NCBI RefSeq assembly: GCF_009914755.1
Contig: NC_060930.1
Length of the DNA: 64,000 bases
Strand: one strand, 5' to 3'
Source: the human T2T-CHM13v2.0 reference genome, Homo sapiens
This document shows positions 58,748 through 64,000 of this stretch, piece by piece; position 1 is the first letter of the stretch; each line of letters opens with the position of its first letter. Below the pieces are notes generated by a model. It was given only the letters and a program-made list of their open reading frames with translations. It was not told where the DNA came from and did not search any database. A program made the position numbers and the translations under genes.

Positions 58748-61072
58748 TGATATAGTTGTCCCCCACCCAAATCTCATCTTGAATTGTAGTTCCCATAATC
58801 TCCACATGTTGTGGGAGAGATGAGGTGGAGATAACTGAATCATGCGGGCAGTTTCCCCCTTCCTGTTTTGTGATAGGGATTCAGTTTTCACAGGAGCTGA
58901 TGGTTTTATAAGGGGCTTCCCCCTTTGCTGGGCACTCATTTTTCTCTCTCCTGCTGCCACGTGAAGAAGGATGTGTTAGCTTCCCCGTCTGTCATAACTG
59001 TAAGTCTCCTGAGGCCGCCCCAGACATGAAGAACTGTGAGTCAATTAAACCTCTTTCCTTTATAAATTACCCAGTCTTGGGTATTTCTTCATAGCAGCAT
59101 GAGAATAGACTAATACAGTAAATTGATACTGCAGAGAGTTGGGTGCTGCTATAAAGATACATGAAACTGTGGAAGCGACTTTGGAACTGAGTAACAGGCA
59201 GACGTAAGAAGAGTTTGGATGGCTCAGAAGGCAGGAAAATATGGGAAAGTTTGGAATTTCCTAGAGACTTGGACAACTCAGAAGACAGGAAGAAGTGGGA
59301 AGGTTTGAAACTTCCTGGAGACTTGTTGAATGGCTTTGACCAAAATGCTGACAGTGATAAGGACAATGAAGTCCAGGCTGGTCCAGGTGGTCTCAGATGT
59401 AGATGAGGAACTTGTTGGGAACTGGAATAAAGGTCACTCTTGCTATGCAAAGAGACTGGTGGCATGTTGCCCCTGCCCTAGGAACTGTGGAACTTTGAAC
59501 TTGAGAGAGATGATTGAGGGTATCTGGTGGAAGAAATTTCTAAGTGGCAAAGCATTCAAGGGAAAGCAGAGCATAAAAGTTTGAAAAATGTGCAGCCTGA
59601 TGATGTGGTAGAAAAGAAAAACCAATTTTCTGGGGAGAAATTCAAGCCAGCTGCAGAAATTTGCTTAAGTAACAAAGAACTGAGTGTTAATCACCAAGAC
59701 AATGGGGATGTCTCCAGGGCACATAAAAGACCTTCATGGCAGCTCCTCCCATCACAAGCCCAGAGGCCCAAGGGGCAGAAATGGTTTCGTGGGCCCCCCT
59801 GCTCTATGCAGCCTTGGGACATGGTGCCCTGTTTACCAGCTGCTTCAACTCCAGTGGTGACGAAAAGGGGCCAATGTATGGCTCAGGCTGTTATTTTACT
59901 GGGTGCAAGCCCCAAGCCTTGGTGGCTTACATGTGGTGTTGGGCCTGAGGGTACAGAGAAGTCAAGAATTGAGGTTTGGAAACCTCCACCTAGATTTCAG
60001 AGAATGTATGGAAAAGCCTGGATGTCCAGGCAGAAGTTTGCTGCAGGGCCAGAGCCCTCATGGAGAACCCTGCTAGGGCAGTGTGAAAGGGAAATGTGGA
60101 GTCAGAGCACCCACACAGAGTTCCCATTGGGGCAGTGCCTTGTGGAGCTGTGAGAAGAGGGCCATTATCCTCCAGATTCCAGAATGGCAGATCCACCTAC
60201 AGCTTGCATCGTGCACCTGGAAAAGCTGCAGACACTCAATGCCAGCCCATGCAAGCAGCCGGGAGGGTAACTGTATCCTGTAGAGCCACAGGGGCAGAGC
60301 TTCCGAAGGCCGTGGGAGCCCACCTCTTGCATCAGCATGACCTGGATGTGAGACATGGAGTTGAAGTATATCATTTTGGAACTTTAAGGTTTAATGGCTG
60401 TCCTACTGGATTTTGGATTTGTATGGGGCATGTAACCCCTTTGTTTTGGCCAATTTCTCCCATTTGGAATGCTATATTTACCCAATGCCTGTACCCCCAT
60501 TGTGTCTAGGAAGTAACTGACTTGCTTCTGATTTTATAGGCTCATAGGTGGGAGGGACTTGTATCAGATGAGACTTTGGACTTGAACTTTTGAGTTAACA
60601 CTGGAATTAGTTAAGAATTTGAGGGACTGTTGGAAGTAGAGGATTGTGTTTTGAATTGTGAGGATATGAGATCTGGAAGGGGGCAGGGGCAGAATGATAT
60701 GGTTTGGCTGTGTCCCCACCCAAATCCCATCTTGAATTGCAGTTCCCCTAACCCTCACTTGTCATGGGAGGGACCAGGTGGAGATAATTGAAACATGGGG
60801 GCAGTTTCCCCAATCCTCTTCTCATGATAGTGAGTTAGTTCTCACAAGAGCTGATGGTTTTGTAAGGGGCTTCCCTCTTCGCTGGGCACTCATTCATCTC
60901 CCTCCTACTGCCATGTGAAGAAGGACGTGTTTGCTTCCCCTTCCATCATGATTGTAAGTTTTCTGAGGCCTCCCTAGCCATGCTAAACTGTGAGTAAATT
61001 AAACCTCTTTTCTTTATAAATTACTCAGTCTCGGCTATGTCTTTATTAGCAGCATGAGAACGGACTAATACA
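58748..61072 (+). mobile_element. Full-length THE1D-like MaLR provirus (LTR 58748-59117, internal 59118-60694, LTR 60695-61072)
   Basis: Two TG...CA LTRs, polypurine tract ggaagggggcaggggcagaa before the 3' LTR, and a perfect 5-bp TSD ctgtc (58743-47, 61073-77). Antisense within a PDE10A intron. Confidence 0.93.
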
Positions 61073-61934
61073 CTGTCTAAGAATCGATTTCTAGGATCCC
61101 AAATTCACTTGTCAGTCTTTGCCATTTATAAAGTTTAAAAAAAATTATTATTAAGTGTAAGGTATTTGTGAAGTCTGCACTGTATGTCTTATGTAAACAA
61201 ATTATTCATCTGCATTTGAAACACACATGACAATGACTTTCATACACAATTGGGCTTTGGTTGTTTCATTTTTAAAATAAAATATCATAAAAAATACCTA
61301 GTGTCTTTAATCACAGTTGTGGTCACAATGTCAATATGAGTAAATGGCATAATAGCTAATGACATCATAGTAAATGTGAGGGGTAGGTGGTAAGGGCCAC
61401 TGGTAAGGACAAAAGGTGGGAAGCAAGTGTCAGAAGATTAGGACTTCCAGCAAAAGTCAAGATAATGTAACTCCAGAATGAATGAAACAAAGAATGAAAT
61501 TTTTTAAAAAAAATTACCAGGACAAAAAATGCCAACAATCAAAGACATACATGAGTATATGACCACATGATACAACCTATAATTCAAATTACTTGCTATT
61601 TTGGATTATTTGTTTACTTGAGAAATATTTGCTGAACACCTACTATGTGCTAGACACTGTCATAGTTATCCATACCTCTGGGCCTTACCACTACACAAAA
61701 GCCCAGAATGTGACTCCTTCCATTACATGACATTCCATCATTGCAACAAGGATGGTATGCCACATAATTTATGTTCAAGCCAATACAGTTTTGAGAGTAA
61801 AAGCCAGCACTGCTATGAATTATTTTAGCTCAACATGTGTTAGCTGAGATTGATCGAGGCAAACTGTGGAGCATGGTCACTCTAATTTTAACACAAAATA
61901 TCCATAAAATAAATAATGAAAATATAACATTTGA

Positions 61935-62231
<297 letters not shown>

Positions 62232-62669
62232 TGAGAATTATTCTAAAAATATTAACTTTAAGTATTAATTTTTCCACTAAACGAAAATGCATTTATAAGT
62301 TGCACCTTTCTATCTACTTATGGTACAGAAATACATTGATTCTTAATACAAATAAGGATGCCTGGCTCTATACATTGGGCAACTTGAGTTCTCAGGCCAA
62401 GTCTGCCATTTATTTCTCCAAATGAAATAAACACTCCTTCTGTGTTTTAGTATTAATTTTGGATAGAGAGAGGCCACTGACTGTCATCCATCAACTACCC
62501 AAGATAGTAATTATAATTGACATCTCCAAAAAAGATCACCTAAGAAATATTACCATATATTAGCTATAAAGTTTCAAGCAATATCAGATAAATTGATCCA
62601 TTAAAAGTATAAAACCAATGAAACTAAGTTGGATATTTACCAAGCTCATAAACAACAAGCATTTTAAAA

Positions 62670-64000
62670 GTTATAGTTCCATTTTTAACAAATGGTGCCA
62701 GAACAACTGGACATCTGCATGAAAAAAAAAAACACAATGCATCTAGACAGAGACCTTAGAACCTTTAGAAAACTTAATTCAAAATGGATCACAACCTTAA
62801 ATATAAAACACAAAACTGTAACACAGATATATAACATAGAAGAAAAATCTAGTTCATCCAGAATTTGGTGACTTTTAAATACAACACAAAGGCATGATTC
62901 ATGAAAGAATAAGCTAGACTTCATTAAAAATTAAAAATGTATGCCCTGCAAAAGATACTGTCAAAAGAGTAAAAAGGCAAGCCACAGACCGAGAGAAAAC
63001 ATTGGCAAAAGGCATATCTGATCAAAGACTGTTACCACAAATATACAAAGAACCCTCAAAATTCAACAATAAGAAAACACCCAAATATAAAAATAGGGCT
63101 AAAGACATGAACTGACACCTCACTAAAAATATATATAAAGATGGCAAATAAGTATTTGAAAAGATGGTCCACATCATATGTCATCATAAATATGCAGATT
63201 AAGACAATGAGATAACACTACACATCTATTAGAAAGGCCAAGATCCAGAAAACTGACAATGCCCAATGCTGGATATGGAGCAAGAGGAATTCTCATTCAT
63301 TGCTGGTGGGAATGCAAAAAGGTACAGCCATTGTGGAAAAGAGTCTGGTATATTTCATACAGAATTATGAAATAATTCATAATTATTCATAAGTATTTCA
63401 TACAGTATGTCATAAGACATACTCTTATAATATGACCCAGTAATTATGCTCCTTAATACTTACCCAGAGGAGTTGGAAATTTATGTTTACACAAAAACCT
63501 GCACATGGATGTATAGGCAGCTTTACGAATAGTTGTCAAAACTTGGAAACAACAGTGGTGTCCTTCAGTAGATGAATGGGTAAATAAATGATGGTACATC
63601 CACACAATGCAATATTATTCAATGCTGAAAAGAAATGAGCTATCAAGCCATGAAAAGACATGGAAGAAACTTAAATGCATATTACTTTGTGGAAAAAGCC
63701 AATTTGAAAGTCAACTACTCTATGATTCCAACTATATGACATTCTGGAAAAGGCAATGGTATGAGGACTGTAAAAGGATCAGGGATTGCCAGGAGTTGCG
63801 GAGAGTGAGGAATGAATAGGCTGAGCACAAGGGATTTTTAGGGCAGTGGAATTCCTCCATATGATACTAAAATGGTGGATACGTTTGTCCAGACCCATAG
63901 AAGGTACACATCATTAAGCCTGCATCCTAATGTAAACTACAGACTTTAGGTGATAATGATGATTTAATGTTGGTTCATTAATTGTAATAAATGTACTATT
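62670..64000 (+). mobile_element. L1MC-like 3' ORF2 / 3' UTR fragment
   Basis: aacaaatggtgc..gaacaactggacatc; atgagctatcaagccatgaaaagacatgg; gatttttagggcagtg. Confidence 0.8.

Noticed and set aside
59215-60509. 208-aa and 137-aa ORFs and a 54-bp internal duplication in the MaLR internal region
   Set aside because: These are fragments of the decayed THE1-int ORF. As I recall, the duplication is part of the THE1D/MST internal consensus.

Overview
Human genomic DNA, recognisable as the C6orf118 / PDE10A region of chr6q27 (from recall of both protein sequences). A pre-Ta L1HS and an AluYb element support a human origin. Both genes lie on the minus strand in tandem. PDE10A contributes its last four coding exons (53575-53464, 49431-49351, 46284-46196, 43200-43098) and a long AT-rich 3' UTR down to about 37.5 kb. 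C6orf118 contributes coding exons 1-7 (ATG at 19659; exon 7 runs off the left edge). All exon phases join into continuous frames. The rest is intronic or intergenic and is dense in Alu, L1, L2, MIR, CR1, MaLR/ERV LTRs, Tigger/MER2 DNA transposons and several minisatellites. I found no evidence of a new biological system. The best observations are fine-scale: (1) a pre-Ta L1 with an open ORF2 remnant, an apparent 38-nt 3' transduction and a near-absent TSD; (2) an obligatory GC splice donor with a frameshifting GT 4 nt away; (3) an RFX X-box at the C6orf118 start; (4) a 42-bp coding duplication in C6orf118; (5) a CpG-rich 32-bp VNTR with about 10.7-bp internal periodicity; (6) a young AluYb near a PDE10A exon; (7) DUX4 motifs in three MaLR LTRs. 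Repeat subfamily names come from memory of consensus sequences and need RepeatMasker/Dfam confirmation.
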